DNA from: Catajapyx aquilonaris
Lineage: Eukaryota
Reading direction: 5' to 3'
DNA length: 64,000 bases
NCBI GenBank assembly: GCA_000934665.2
Contig: KZ538342.1
Span: forward strand, 1-64,000
The position numbers were made by a program, and so were the translations under genes. The notes beneath the pieces were generated by a model. It had not been told where the DNA came from. It worked only from the letters and a program-made list of their open reading frames with translations, and made no database searches. Positions 1-13,975 of this stretch are shown here, piece by piece. The stretch's first letter is position 1. Every line of letters begins with the position of its first letter.

Positions 1-931
1 ATCCAATCAACCGTCGACATAACCCACACCCATCCCTCACCTCCCTTCCGAAACTTAAATCTGCCACTAATCTAGCTTTACCTCCCCCTCCACCCCCACC
101 CCCCTGTAAAAAAATGGGCAAAAATGTCCACCCAGCAGCAGCGTCGGTGTCGTCAATCAGACCCAACATGGTGGGTGGGTAGAAAGGCCCGGGTGGGTGG
201 GTGGGTGGGTGGGAAATCCTGATGTAATTAGGCTCATTATTACTTGATGTACGGGCGCCGCTAATTGATGCGAGGGGTAATGAGCCAGCCGGGGCTCCCC
301 CCCTCGAATCCCCCTCCCCCAAACTGGATGCTAGTCTCGACCGCTCTTGTTCCAAGTGGCGCGCTAGGGCCATCATCAGCAGTGAGAGGATCCACCACCG
401 GCAATGCGGCGCCGCCTGCAGACCCGTATCGGAGGCCCCAATCACTTGTTTACAGCGCCGGCGGGCCATCGACACATCGCCATCGGGCCTCGCCGCACGC
501 CGTTTCACCCCCCCAACCCGATAGCACACGGGGGCCGCCCCCCCCTCTCTTGCATATTAATTACACGGGGGGTAATACCCAGGCACCAGAAGGGAGTTAT
601 AACGGGACGCCATGCGGGTATATTGCGAACACCGTCGTCTGATGGCCAACTTGGAGATTAGCTACGAGTTATGTGCAAATGCCCAGACGGAGGGGGTGTC
701 ACATGTGCATTCCTGCATGTGCTGCTGGGGGGAAGTTTCATTGTTCTGGGGGATTCAGATTTGTGGATGGTGCTGGACAAGTTGGTAAAATATGGGTGGA
801 AAAATTGCCAGTGTACACTGCATGAATTTTATCTACCATGAGTTGTGTTGCAATGTACACAGAAAGACATGGTTGAACCCAAGAGGGCAGTCACTCCTCA
901 CTAAAGTGTACACTGGATCACCAAAAGCACC

Positions 932-975
932 AGATCACCGTCGGATCACCGTCGGATCACCGTCGGATCACCATC
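932..975. repeat. 11-bp tandem repeat (GGATCACCGTC) x ~4
   Basis: Directly visible, with flanking degenerate GGATCACC copies at ~915 and ~989. Confidence 0.85.
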
Positions 976-1475
976 GAAGGTGGTACACGGATCACCAGAA
1001 GTTGAACTAATGTGCAATGTGACAGCAGAAATACGGAGTGATGTATGAACTCTAACAATCGTTAACACTAATTGAGACGTCAATATGTTGCCCTCAGTAC
1101 CCTTTGTAATCAAGGTAAAAGTCAGCACCTATATATACTCGTTTTGAGGGACCTAAAAACAACCTGAAGCAATCATCATCATTTTGGGTCATTAGAAAGC
1201 GCAACGGAAGCTTCCTATTTTTGTGAAACATGGCACGGACAAAGTTGGTGGCCGAGTGATGGGACTTAATTACCCGTGTTAACAGCAAAAGCGCAGGGGC
1301 ATCATCAGGAGTAATCAAGGTGATGCAAATTTGAGTAGGTTCCGCAGGTGCCACCAACACCTGCGCCCTTTTTACCCTAAAGAGGTGCAAGGTTGATGCC
1401 AGTACATTCGAAATATACTTTGCATAGAAGTAGACGTAGAAAATGATGCTATCAATACTACATTAGACAATTCCA

Positions 1476-1497
1476 TTAATTAATTAATTAATTAATA
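1476..1497. repeat. (ATTA)n microsatellite near the Tbx20 exon 2 donor
   Basis: ATTAATTAATTAATTAATTAAT. Confidence 0.85.
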
Positions 1498-1521
1498 CAT
1501 ATTATATATCAAATTACTGAC

Positions 1522-1846
1522 CTTCCAGATTTGGTGATGATCATCTCGGTTCCTAGATCGTGAAATTTGTCCCAAAGGTCTTTGGTTTCCAGGTGACAGT
1601 CGACGTGTTTGAGTTCTTCGCAATTGCATCGTTCTTGAAGCTGCGGATTCTTGGTGACTGTTTTGCTCTCAGATGTGGAACCGGCTTCGGATTTGACTTC
1701 AGCCTCTTCGCTGACCACCTCAATGGCCTCCTTGGGGTCAGAGGTAGAGGCTGTCGACACGGGGTCAGGCGAATCGCGTTCTTCTTCCTCCTGCAGCGAT
1801 TCAGGCGAGCCGATGAGGGACGAGGACGTGTTCTCAACAAATTTTT
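1522..1846 (-). CDS. Tbx20: T-box transcription factor Tbx20 (H15/midline-like), coding exon 2 (start of T-box domain); gene continues beyond window start
   Basis: The acceptor has a T-rich tract then GGATTCGCAG|AA, with a CTAAC branch motif at 1877-1873. The phase-1 join with exon 1 gives ...IRPL-E-KFVENTSS.... A Ser/Glu-rich linker is followed by CNCEELKHVDCHLETKDLWDKFHDLGTEMIITKSGR, the N-terminus of a Tbx20-class T-box (from about 1592). It ends at donor GGA AG|GTCAGT (phase 2), 325 nt, frame-consistent. Confidence 0.95.
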
Positions 1847-2552
1847 CTGCGAATCCAAAAAAAAGGGACCGAGTTAGACTGACAAAACAATGGTGGAGGA
1901 ATTGCAAATGAGGCAATTATTAACATTAACCCCAACAATGCGGAGTAAAATAATCGCCCAAGATTTTTCGACGATAGCGCCTGAAGCTCGATTGTGTCCA
2001 AATCACTTAATTGTTCACGACATTGTTACATCCGTGCGTGATCCACAACCCAGCAATTCACAGCCCACCCAGCAAAAAATGGGCACAATGATGAGAATTG
2101 ATACTTAAGTAATTTCCCGAGTGAGATTTTTACTGACGTGTGCTCTAAATGGTCTTAAAGGAAGAGGAGGATAAGTGGAAAAGAAAATCTCCCCCCCCCT
2201 CCCCCTCCACCCCGTCACGTAGCCCACACCCCCACCCCCCAGCTCATCTGCCTGACTCCAGCGGGCCCCTCATTTGCTCCCTAATGAGGGGTGATATCAG
2301 AAGATGATGACACGAAAATGCTTCCTTGTCGGAAACCCATGCCAACACGTATAATTGAACCGCACGCGAACCCGCGACTTTGCGTACGGAATACCAAAAT
2401 AGAGGTTGACCGCACCGCGAATTTGTGAAGCCTCGCTAATTGAATGGCATCCTATGGAAGCTCTTATTAGCGAGCATGCGCTACATGTACGGCATGTGGC
2501 TTGCGGTTTATTTGTTCGGTCAAATGGGCGGAGTCTGATGGGGATACTCGTC

Positions 2553-2869
2553 AGCTGAAGCGGTTGTTTAGCTGAAGCGGGCAACTCCAAGCTGAAGCGA
2601 GCTACTGGTCCAGCTGACGCAAGCTGCTCACAACTGAAGCAAGCTTCTTCTTTAGCTGTATAGCGGACTACTGGCCAGCTGCAGCGTGCGTTATTGTGGC
2701 TTTGCCCACCACGACGAATATGTCACGGGGGCCAATATTCCGGGGGCTAAAAGTCCGGGGGCGAACCGGCGGGGGCGAAAAGTCCTAGACCCGTGGCTGT
2801 AGCGAGCTACTCTATAAGCTGAAGCGGGCTGCTCACAGCTGTAGAGGGCTGCCAACTAAAAGCTGGTCC
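2553..2869. repeat. Degenerate ~21-bp minisatellite (core AGCTGAAGCG) interrupted by a GGGGGC-repeat block
   Basis: The core recurs at about 2553, 2570, 2590, 2612, 2632, 2654, 2677, then 2795, 2817, 2837, 2861. The block at 2724-2795 has GGGGGC at 2727, 2742, 2757 and 2771. Confidence 0.8.
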
Positions 2870-5800
2870 ACCATATTCGTGCAATGGCTGCCATATGATT
2901 GTGTTTCGGAAGCCCAAAGTGGCCTGAGGGTTTTGGAGGGGGTTTTGAAGCTGTGATTAGAGACACGCGCGACATTTACGGTTAAGGTTGAGTCTGACCA
3001 CCGTACCGCCCAAGCTGACTTCATTCCTCTAGTGCAATTTGGGCAGACAGCGGGCTCATTCCAGACCAGGCCGCTAATAACCTATCTCTACCCTGTACTT
3101 GCCAACCCGTGTTCACTTGGAATAATCAGGACGGGAGGGGCTTGGAAAGGAAGGCGGGAGTGGGGAGAGGGAGGGAGGGAGGGGAGGGTAGAAAAATAGA
3201 AAGGTAGAAATGAGGGCAACAGGTGTGCCTATTATTTTCCTATTTCTTTTACGTGCGGCAGGTCAAATCACCACGGTCACTATATGAATATGTGGCGCGA
3301 ATAGCAGGTCACGATTTGAGTGTAAGGGATGAAAGGAATGTGGATGGGTGATCGTATCTGTTGAATAACGATTCCAAACAAGGATGGATGGCAATAAAAA
3401 TGGAGGTTGCAGATCAATGTTGGGGGAACTATGCCTTTTAGTTTATGGAACTAGGTTGTAATAGTGAGGGAGTTTACTGGCTGTCTTGATTAAACTGACG
3501 GCTTCGTAAGTTTTTACTGACACAGTACTGGGCTTATCGTGCGGCATTAATATCATGGAAAAACAATACCTGATGGAGGTTTTTTTGGAGTATGATTGGG
3601 CCTACGTAATATGGCGATTTTTTGTTGAAATTCTACACCTGAACGCAGATACTGTATAATTATATGCCAGTTTATAAGTTGTGGACGTGCAAATTCATTA
3701 CACATCGTTGTACTGATGCAATGTTATACATTAATATTTACAGGAAAAATGATAGACATGCTGCTGAGACAGTTGCTTTTATATTCTGAATGAAGCCTGC
3801 ATTAATTATCTCCATAAGAAGCCATATCAATAGAAATAAACTTTTACAACAATTCAGTTGATATTTGGGTACAGTTTTTGCCCGGCTTTTAATGCAATAT
3901 AAATTCATTCCAGCATATGAGTACGTTAACTATATACGGTATAGTAGTTATGATATGTATGGAATATACGTACATAAGTGTTAAATGAGACCCATTGTCA
4001 TGTCATCATTTTCCTGGCATCACGTTTGCCTAATTGAAATGCGCAACAGTCATTATCGATCAAAATATATGATTTTCAATTACCCTGACCAATTATTGTG
4101 TTATGTGCCACTGTACACATTGCGTGCACCCATATCAATAGAGCAGATTGGGTGGACTTTGACAGTTTCAAGGTATTATTCGCACGAACACGCGGAACAA
4201 TGCTATAATAGACCACATGTTATTCGGTTAATTCCCATATTCTTTTAGTTCAAAAAAAAATTACATTTCTGTGCGGAAAACTCTGGGTAAGTGCTGCTCA
4301 CCAGGTGGTATAACCAGCAGGACTTCCTCTTTTTACCATGTTGACTAACAGTAGCGGTTGTTGCGAGCATCTGCGCGCTTAGGTTGAAATGAGTAATGAG
4401 TTTATGACAACTGAAAAATAGCGCGATTGCATTATACACAGAAAGTAGGGTAACGCAATTCGTGAAGACGACGAGCAGGGACCCGTGGACCGTAATTGTA
4501 GTACAACAATCGGGGGGGAAGCCAGAGGGACATCAGTCACAGCCCCCTTCATCCAAACACCCAGCATCCTAATGACAATGGGGGGAAGAAGAATGGCTTC
4601 CATTTCCTCCATCATACGTCGCAACAACTGAAGGAAATCAATTTAAACCCTCCTCAACAAAAGAGCGGTAATTGCAACTTGACGCATTTAAAAAATTCTT
4701 CGCTTATGTTTGTCCTCATCAAGTTGTTGTTTCTTCCTGTGGCGTCATTAGGGTCACACGGGTCCGTTTTTGGGGCGGAAAGCTATCTAACTCGTGGCGT
4801 AATGAGAAATGGGCAAGAAGGTACACCCATCCTTCTCTTCCAAAAAAAAATATAACTGGCATTAATCTAGAAATAATGGAAGGGTTTGGTAGGTGAGTGC
4901 GAGCAATGACAGGAAGAGAGACTTCTCGTCAAATGCTTTGCCCTCCATATGATGTCGGGTGTATGGTAGGGGGGGAGGGGGGAAGGGGGCATATGTGAAA
5001 GAAGAAAAAAACCGCGGGCACGCAATCATGTCTCTCTGGATTAGATAATTAGACCTTTTACTCCGAAGGGGGCCCAGGGGGCACAAGAATAGGATTGCAC
5101 AGGCGGGAAGTTCTGGTCAGGCACCTTGAAATTTTCCGCTTTCAAGACTCCCCCACTCCTCCACCCACCCCTACCCATGCCACTCCGAAAAAGAGCACCT
5201 GATGAAAACTTGGGGGAATCGTCACATTTTTTGGCAGTCATAAGATAAAGATCCGCACGCTATGTTTTTTGCGGACAAAAAATAAAAGGCTTTTGTTGCT
5301 GGCAGGTAATCGGTTGAATATTTACTGGAGTATATATGGTTGTTCAAAATAATAGCTGGGTACGGAGATTAATGCTAAACTCAGCTCATTTACATAGAAC
5401 TTATAGAAATATGGTTCGAAAATATTTTCAGTAAAAATTGAGCTCAAAAATCATATGAAAATCATTCAAAAGCGACGTAGAATTGAGTAAATGAGCCGAA
5501 AACCAAATTAAAAATATATTTATAATAGTTAATAAGACGATAAACGTTATTTAATATTTATATACCTACTCAACTGTATATATTAACATTAGACGAGGTG
5601 AATGTCTGCCAACTAGTGTAGCCTTCAGCACTGATAAGTAATTATAAATTTTTGAAGCTAATTTTTTGTACGTACTATAGTAACATGATTCTGAATATAG
5701 CCACAACCTCTTTCCATAGAATAATGAACCAATTGGCAGCAGTGCAAAATAATAAATTTTGAAATATGGTACAGCCTGACATTTGCCAACAAAAAAGCAA

Positions 5801-8800
5801 TTTTGATCTTAAACAGTGAAGGTATTTATGTTCCCAAGGGGCAAAAGTTAGACCGAAATTGCTTAACTTTATTGAGGGGTATCCATATATCAGAATCAGA
5901 AAGTAATCTCCAACCTTGACTGCCAATCAATTCAATCCTTCCGGAAGGCCCGTACATTATACACGTTACCCTCTAATCTAATATCAAAAGTGTTTGAAGA
6001 ATGCGAGTAATTTTCCGCCAAGTCCCCATTTTTGTAGCCTCCCTTGTCATTTTCCTTTCAATCTTAACTCCAGCCACAGGGTGACCGTAATGATACCGCA
6101 CAATATTTGGCTATTGCATTATTTCCTTCAGTTCCAAAAAACTGTTGAATTCGATTAGTGTGCCAAGATTGACGAAAGAATTATGCTCCAGTACAATATG
6201 ACTCTTTAGTGGTGTACTTTTAAAAATAAGTATTGTCCAGTTGCATTATGACGCTATATATGCTCCCGACATGTTGCACATAACTTAAAAGCTACATAAC
6301 TGGCTATCTAAGAAATCAGTTCATATACGTTGGCGTATTATTTATGAACACTGAGCAGATCAGCATAAAACAATGCATTTTTCATGCAGTTTTTGCTGCA
6401 CCCTGTGCAGTGAGTAATGACCTGAACGCTGCATATGCTTACCTTATTCCAAACGGTTCATGCTGCCAGGATTTGGAGCCGTATCTCATTCCCAATTCCA
6501 AAAGGGGGACTGAACTGATTTAGCCGTATAATTTAGTGGGCAGGCCTGTGACATTTTCCCTGACTGAATTGTTACGTTTCACTCCGGTACAGGTGCCCCT
6601 TCCTTCAACATATGACAGCTCCTGACCCGGTAATGACACACTTTAAACATAGAATAAACGCACTCGGATATTTATGGCCGCACGTGACCCCCTCTAACAT
6701 CTGTATTAGCAGAGTACACAAGACGCGACAGCGGTATGGTTTCTGTCATTGAAATGTCGATCCTTATTACATACATTTCTATGATACGCCACATGGGAAC
6801 ACTTATGCCTCCACACATCTTCAAACCATGATTTTCCGCACGATTTTTGGGTGTGGGAAATTTCGTGTGTGTCCGAAGCAAAAATTTCACCATGCGTGAA
6901 ACAGTGTAGACGCCTCCTGTACACCCAGGTCAACGGTGTCCTTATTTTTGGGACGTCTAATCGTGAGAGACTGTTCCGGACGAAGTATGGCCAATCCTAA
7001 AAGAGACGCATATCTTGGCCCATCTTATATAGACCAAGGCGTCTGCACCGTTTTTCCAGTTCAACTGATGCGTGTGGAGACGCCCCCAGGAGGAAGTCCA
7101 AATTAAATAGTTAAGATGTAGTGAGAGTGACGCTTCCTTTCTTTTGCTGTGCATGGAGGGACCCAGGCCCAAATCGCGATTTTCCAAAATGACCAGTCGC
7201 GATGGGGGTTAATTGCACGACTGGAAGAGGAACACAGGAAATTGCTGGGGAAATGCTCGGTGTTGCTTGGCTTTAATCATCTGTTTGCATATGGGTGGGT
7301 GGTGTAGAATAGGTTTTTCCAAATTATATACATGGTGGGTCAGGACGTCCTTTGCATTCTGATGAGCTTCTGTGGGGGGGCTTTAAAAAGTCGGGACATG
7401 CCAGGAAGTATTTAATTTTTAACCATTTTAAAAGTGTAGACACAAAATAATGTTTTATATGTGGCGTTATTAGGACTATGCATGATCTACTAGGAGCGTG
7501 AATTAGTAATTAAATTGTTATTAAAAATTTGTTCCATTACACTGCTGGGGAGTTCAGCGGCATGGTCCAACGAGCTTGATTTTTTTTGTAATTACATTTC
7601 GATTAAAATAAACAATACGGTGAAAGTCTGAAACGTGGGTGTGCAATCAGTAGACTAATGCACAGTTAGACGTTTGGGATCGTTATTTAAAATTTAAAAA
7701 TAAAGCAACAGTTGACATTACTCTCTTCTGAAGCATACACCGAATGCACAGTCACATAATCACACAGTCACAAAAGTGCAATTAAATCATATATTAATTA
7801 CTTTTTAATCATTATATGCAGTGTAACATGATTCGGTATTTATTAACATCATGTGGTCACGTACACATTTTTGTACCTCACCGTCACTGTCATTAGAAAT
7901 GAATTGTTGCATATTACGTCACTCTATAATTATAAGCAGTTTATTACGGCTGTGTGGTTAATTTGACACTAAACGTTTGGCACGACAGCATTGCTTTGAC
8001 ATTGTTATAGCCTACTGCATATTTGCTCAATGAAATAGAATTATGTGTAATTACATCAGTTAGGCATTATGCTGCTGGTATTTATTTGCCAAAATGGGAA
8101 CAATATTGGTGCACTTTTTTTCTCCAATAACGTAATAAAATTCAGGCCATGAATCATCTACTCTGGGCCCCAAAATCCGCAAGGCCACACTCTATAACTT
8201 ATGCAACAAATCCGCCCGCAAAACGACGCACGAGAGACACTTCCCAAAAAGCGGAAGAGGCTTAATGAGGGAAACGCATACTTTCGGTGTGATCTTCACT
8301 TCTCCTTGAAATTGCTCAAGATGGTGTGAAAGGGAAGGACTTGGGTGTTGGCTCCGAGGAGATAAGGATCCATTTTGTCTCCCCGTTTGCGCACGAATGT
8401 GGGAACCATAAAATGGCCGCACGAAAGCCCCTTAAACTCCGTTTGACACCGTTTTAGGACTGCGACACCATTCCAATCAAAAGAAACTGTTACTGCCCAG
8501 TATTAATTGTCCAATTAATTGGAGTGCCCTCTGATGACCATCAATCAGATGATATGTTTATTTAAAAAGAAATTGAAACAGATTTCTCCAGATGTGACAA
8601 CTCGATTGTTGACAACATTTTGAGTCATGTATAATAATCGGCGGTGTTTGGGGGAAGGGCATCAACGGCCACCCCTCCATGTAATTGCTGGTCTAGATTA
8701 TGATCTGCTGGGCGCCGTTCACCGAGGTTTTTCCATAAATGAGCGGAAATGGCCTGCACTCTAACGGCCACTTTGCGCCTCGTATACGCCTCCGACAAAC

Positions 8801-11800
8801 CCTACTTGCGTCCTCATTGGCGACTCGTGTTTCCGAGCAGAATATTCACCGACCTTTGTTTGCGACTAGAGCGTCACTGCTGCCTTTTAGTCACGGATAT
8901 TTCGGCCCCCTTTTTTGTCCCTTTTTGCCTCGATTTTTATCATCGGTCGGGATCCCTTTTGGACACGCAAGATTAAATTTTAAATCCTATTACAATTGTT
9001 CAATTACGGATTTAAAATGGGGGGGAGCGATATGCAAATATGGGGAGCAGCACCTGGGAGATTTGCAAATTATTGCTCGAAGTTGTTGGCGCAATATTAT
9101 GACTCTTGTCACTTTTGCATAACATAAATTTGAAACACAAATAAGTACTGTTGTTCCTCCATATCCGCGGATACTCCCCGGCATACTTTGAATGATCTGT
9201 AGATCACTAAATACCTATAACACAACTAATGTTATGTTAATTGTTATAAAGCGCTTTTCGAAAATTCATGCCTGTCATCCCATTAAGAACGCCAGATGTG
9301 TAATTACTCAAATGGATTCCGATTACTTTATTACAGCAGTCACAAGATTTTTTTTTGCAATCCACCATACCCTGTAATTGAATAGGTGCGATCAAATTTC
9401 CGCAATGCGACGTCATAAACAATGACACGACCATTGTATATGCGCTCCAGACGCCTCTTCGTGTGATAGTGAGATGTGCGCAAGTGCTTTTATGCTAACT
9501 CCTCTATTACTAAGAGGGGAGCTTGAAAAGGGCTCGGGTATGTATGCAAATATTGAAGCCTCATATCGAACAGCGCCTCGGTGATAATCATAATTTGGCA
9601 CGGCAGACGTAATATTGCGAGGGGACAAAAGGGGATGGGAGAGGGACCGTAATTATTGGGATTTTGGTCAGACATCCCATTACATATTAACCCGTGCAAC
9701 TGCATGGAAGTTATATTGCGATATTATACGTTTGGTGGTGTCGTTAGGATAATCGTCCAGCCGGCGAGGGTCGTCGGTTCAACCGCTGTCTCGCACTCGA
9801 CAGCCGGCATCAAAATGTGTTCTTCTAAAAAAAAAATGCGAGGGGGTACAAAAAATATATATATGTTGGGACTGGTGCTGTGTTTCGGAAAGTGTCTTGT
9901 TCCTGCTGTAATGTTTTCCGGCGCCCTTAACTTTTGTTAGGGACACTGGTGAAATTTTTGGGGACATTTTCAGGGGGGTTAGGTATATACAGTATAGGCC
10001 TATATAAAATTCTGGGGGTTTCAGAATGGCTGTCTGAATTGGGCAAGTACGTATGTTAATGGAGTTTTTAATTAGTGGTTTTAAAAATAAGGGTGCTTGT
10101 TGCTTAACTCATAGGCGATTCAGCTAACAATGTGGAAGAGTTATACAGCAAACTCTGTGAGGCCTATATGCTGGTAACAAATGAGCATATGGAGACCGAC
10201 CGTGAAGCAAATTTTAATGAAAATGACTAATCCAGACCACGTAAAATTTAGCATTGTTTTGTAGGAATTACACGATTAACTGGTATAATGCAGTTTACTG
10301 ATTCAGTCCTTGCAAAAACCACATTTGAACACGCTGTGGAAAGACTGCGAATTTATATTGTCAGCGTCACATATTAGGCCAAATAAGTTATTATAGTCAC
10401 GTGTAGGCTATACTATGGTGTATCGACTGTATCCTATGAGGTCCACCATCTGCGGGACACTGATTAAGTGCCAGTGAAGTTTTGACAGGGGGACTAATTA
10501 CATCATACAGTGTATGACACATGTAACATCTGCAATGCTTCTTCGCTTTGATTAAGTGTTGAGTTTTCATGATAAAAATTCGTTGAGTGACCATCCTATA
10601 TAACTCTAACATGAGTGACATTTGCCGGTTACATAAAAACTCGGTGGCATATTGAATTTGCTGTTTATTAAAACTCATTTTGCACCGTTTATAGGAATGC
10701 ACATGCTTAATTTGTCACTCTCATTTCAGCCCCGGTTCCCAATTATATATCCACAAAATACGTCAATAAATTATTTGCAATCAATATTATTTCCAACCAA
10801 GAGTGTCGGTTGGCTGCACACACCCAGTCAATTTAAATCACCTATTGACCACGTTTGACCTGTCCACCGTCCTTTTGGCTCCACATTTGATAACCATAAT
10901 TTTCCATCCAAAACACACGACCCCATCTAAAATTTGCCCGTCTTCAGTCCCTAAATTCTGCATCAACATTATGCTAATAAATTCTTCTTTAATCAATATA
11001 ATTATCAAACGCAGCCTTCGCCATTCCCAGTCAATTTAATTCAACTTTGACCCAACATGACATGCTTTACTTTTGTGCCAGTGCAATTACCCTGCTTGCA
11101 AAATTGGCCCCCGCGCTTCTGAATTAATTATAACAGTCTCAGGTGGGCTTTGAGGGCCTATCGTTACCGTAATCGTAATAGCCCCTGAATGTTGATGCCT
11201 AATAGATTGATGGTAATAGCCGGGTAGGGTTCTGTATAGAATCAAAGGTCACACTTGAAATCAGTCCGAAAAACTGGAAAGTTGGGAAGTCTCTTTGACA
11301 TCGGCTGGGAATATAAAAGGAGATTGCGTTCCGCTAATCCGTTGTACAAAAAAAGCCGGCATCAAACGCGGGTTGTCAAACTTTTCTGCAAATGGTCCTC
11401 GCATGCAGAGGGTTAGGTCATCGCTGCAATTATTGTTCGAGCTACTAGATTGGTCTATATTTCACCGTTGGGTCTCCCCCCCCCCCCCTATAAGCTGCAT
11501 CACAGGATTTCGTGTGGCATGTGAACAAAGTTTCATTTATTCTCGGCTAAGGAAAGGAAGGTTTTATATATACCCAAAAAAAAGGTTAACACGTGCGGCC
11601 TTGGGATCAGTGCAAAAAGATCCAAACTTTTTAATATCACGAAGTCGGCACCAATTTGACCCGAAATGATTGATCGCGCTTCTCATATCAAGCCGCTCAC
11701 ATCACATTTTTTTGCTGTACGAAACTGTGCAATATTGTGATATTACCTGGCCGCACCTATATGAAACTGCGGAATGAAACTGGCCTAACTTAACCTGGCG

Positions 11801-12825
11801 TCACATGGCTACATTTCCTTCTACCATGTAATTGTACAGGCTTTTTTGGTGATTTGGAAATTTAAAAAGAGTTGGTATACATCCAACAGCTGTCATGGTC
11901 CGGGCCAAATTGTACCTTCAAAAAAATGGTGGCGGTCGGTACATTCAGAACCATCTATCGGAAGAAGACGGGGGCTTGGAAGATACGACAGGAAAACTGT
12001 CAATAACTGAAATGAGGTTTTTTTGGCCAACTGTGGCCCCACCTGTCGCTCTCTCTGGCTCTCTCTCTTTCTCTCTCTCTCCAACCCTCTGTTGGAATTG
12101 GTTTCCGAAAGTAGGGGGGAGGGGGGGGGGGGGGNGGGGGGTCGGCCACGAAATTAGCTTCTTTCCCGCCCGTGCTGCCTGCTGGGGGTCATTATGGGCC
12201 TCTTGTGCATGCAGGCCCCGCGACCTCTCACCCCCGCCCAGCAGATGAATTTTACGCGCCTTTCGATATTAGGGCTGGGCATGGGGAAATTGGTGGGCAG
12301 GTAGGGTATGTGGGCAGAAATTCGAGTGTCACGTATGGGGTTGGATTACGTAAGGGTCGAGTTTAAATGAATGGCGTATACCACTGGTTTGGCGATAAAT
12401 CAGTCAGGGCTGAATGAATGCTTGAATTACTTGAAAATATTGGCAAGCTAACGTATATGCAATGATTGCGGATCGTTTGAACAAAAAGTTACAAGTTGTC
12501 AAGGTGAAACTGATATTTTTGTGAAAATTCAAAGCATCAAGTAACTGTGTCTTAAAAGGCAACGACAACGTTGATCAGAAATAATTATGATGCATGTGTC
12601 TAAAGATTATTTTCTTATATGGCTTACATTACAGCATAATGTAGGAAATTGATAAGCAATAATAACATGAACATTTTTATAATTAAAAACTATTAATGTA
12701 AAATGTGCGATTTAACAGATGACTCCCTTCATCTACCTTCTGAGTTATTTTTGCTGATATTTGCAATTTTACAATTATACGTTACATATTTACATTAATA
12801 TAAATTTGTGCAATTTACATGAAAT

Positions 12826-13072
12826 GAGGGCTGTGGGGGGAAAACATGATAACTGACAAAATAGTAATTTTCAGGAGAGCGAATTGAAGTTTGAATTTTC
12901 TTAACAAATCATAGGGAATGCTGGTTGTGATCTAGTCCGTGTGGCCGTCTCATGCATGATACATGAACTTGGAGTATACCAAACTGTTTGTCATGTCTTA
13001 TACATAGTTGCTAGGTGTTTAGGTAAAAAATGACAAAAATGTCAGTTATCATGTTTTTCCCCCACAGCCCTC
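12826..13072. mobile_element. MITE (247 bp), possibly Sola-type
   Basis: 33-bp TIRs GAGGGCTGTGGGGG(G/A)AAAACATGATAACTGACA with 1 mismatch, flanked by AAAT / ATAT. GAG termini and AWWT-like 4-bp flanks suggest Sola, but this is inference. Confidence 0.8.
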
Positions 13073-13975
13073 ATATACAAAATATGTTAAATTTATATGT
13101 ATAGGATATATAATACAGTGATGTGTCATTTATATAAATTTGTCAACCATCTCCTTCAAGAAGACCACACTGATGTATATTTGCAATAATTTTGAACTTA
13201 AATCAGTTTTGTAATAATGACCTATAAAGTGTACCACAATAATATATTATGATCTTGCAGATAATTAAATCAGTCTATAAGCCACAAGTTAATGTAGCTA
13301 CATGTCAAAGGGTAAGTTATTATACAGTTTTGTCCAACATAGTATATTTGATACCAATATCGTATAATACACTGTATAGTCATATTAAGGCAATATTAAT
13401 TGCCACTATATGCACTTGCACTTGAGACTTGATTATACTGGGGACGTCGCATGTATATAGGACTGCCAGGAACGATTTTCAATATCTGATGCAAATAGTA
13501 ACTGACGTATATTAAACTGACTCGTGGCATACTTTATTGCATCTATACGGCCGCATGCCATCCCTCGAGCCAACTTACATAATAACAGATCGTGTCTTAC
13601 CGGTATTAAAAAAATATTGTTGGCGGCAGTGCAACTCTACAACAACTTTGAAACATCAACCCCCGTGATTATCGTTGTAGCGAGCATAGCCAAACACGCC
13701 GCGCGGCAAGAAGTCATCGTGTGCGGTCCCTTTTTCTTATTTACGCCCCTTAACTTATAAAACATGCTCAAACTGGAGACATGCAAAGTAGATAAGGGCT
13801 CCGAACCGATATCAAACTCTTTGACCGTCACATTCACACGTCTGCCCAATCGCATGTTCCACCATCATTAACACAATCTGGCTGTCCATCAGATGGTGCA
13901 GGTGGTAATGGCTTATAAGCGAGGACAAGACAGGCCTTCCGGGGGCCTTCCCTAATGACTTTAGAAGGTACTCAC

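Larger units (their letters stand above)
1847..13975 (-). other. Tbx20 intron 1 (12,129 bp, GT-AG, phase 1)
   Basis: Bounded by the GTGAGT donor and the GCAG acceptor. Joining restores the frame and the IRPL/EKFVE peptide resembling vertebrate TBX20 IKPL/EQFVE. No intervening exon is needed. Confidence 0.85.

Noticed and set aside
1..1521. Tbx20 exon 3 (expected to begin RMFP)
   Set aside because: No such coding segment was seen on the minus strand, so it must lie outside the window.
1847..1916. N-terminal extension of ORF 1509..1916 and an upstream AG at 1880-1879
   Set aside because: Intronic. Using the upstream AG adds 32 nt and shifts frame relative to exon 1, and the CTAAC branch motif lies downstream of it.
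2553..2869. CRISPR-like repeat/spacer appearance
   Set aside because: Eukaryotic intron, ~10-bp degenerate cores with short mutually related spacers, and no cas genes. It is a minisatellite.
6935..7000. Possible hAT-like right end (GGACGAAGTATGGCCAATCCTA)
   Set aside because: No matching left TIR or 8-bp TSD found.
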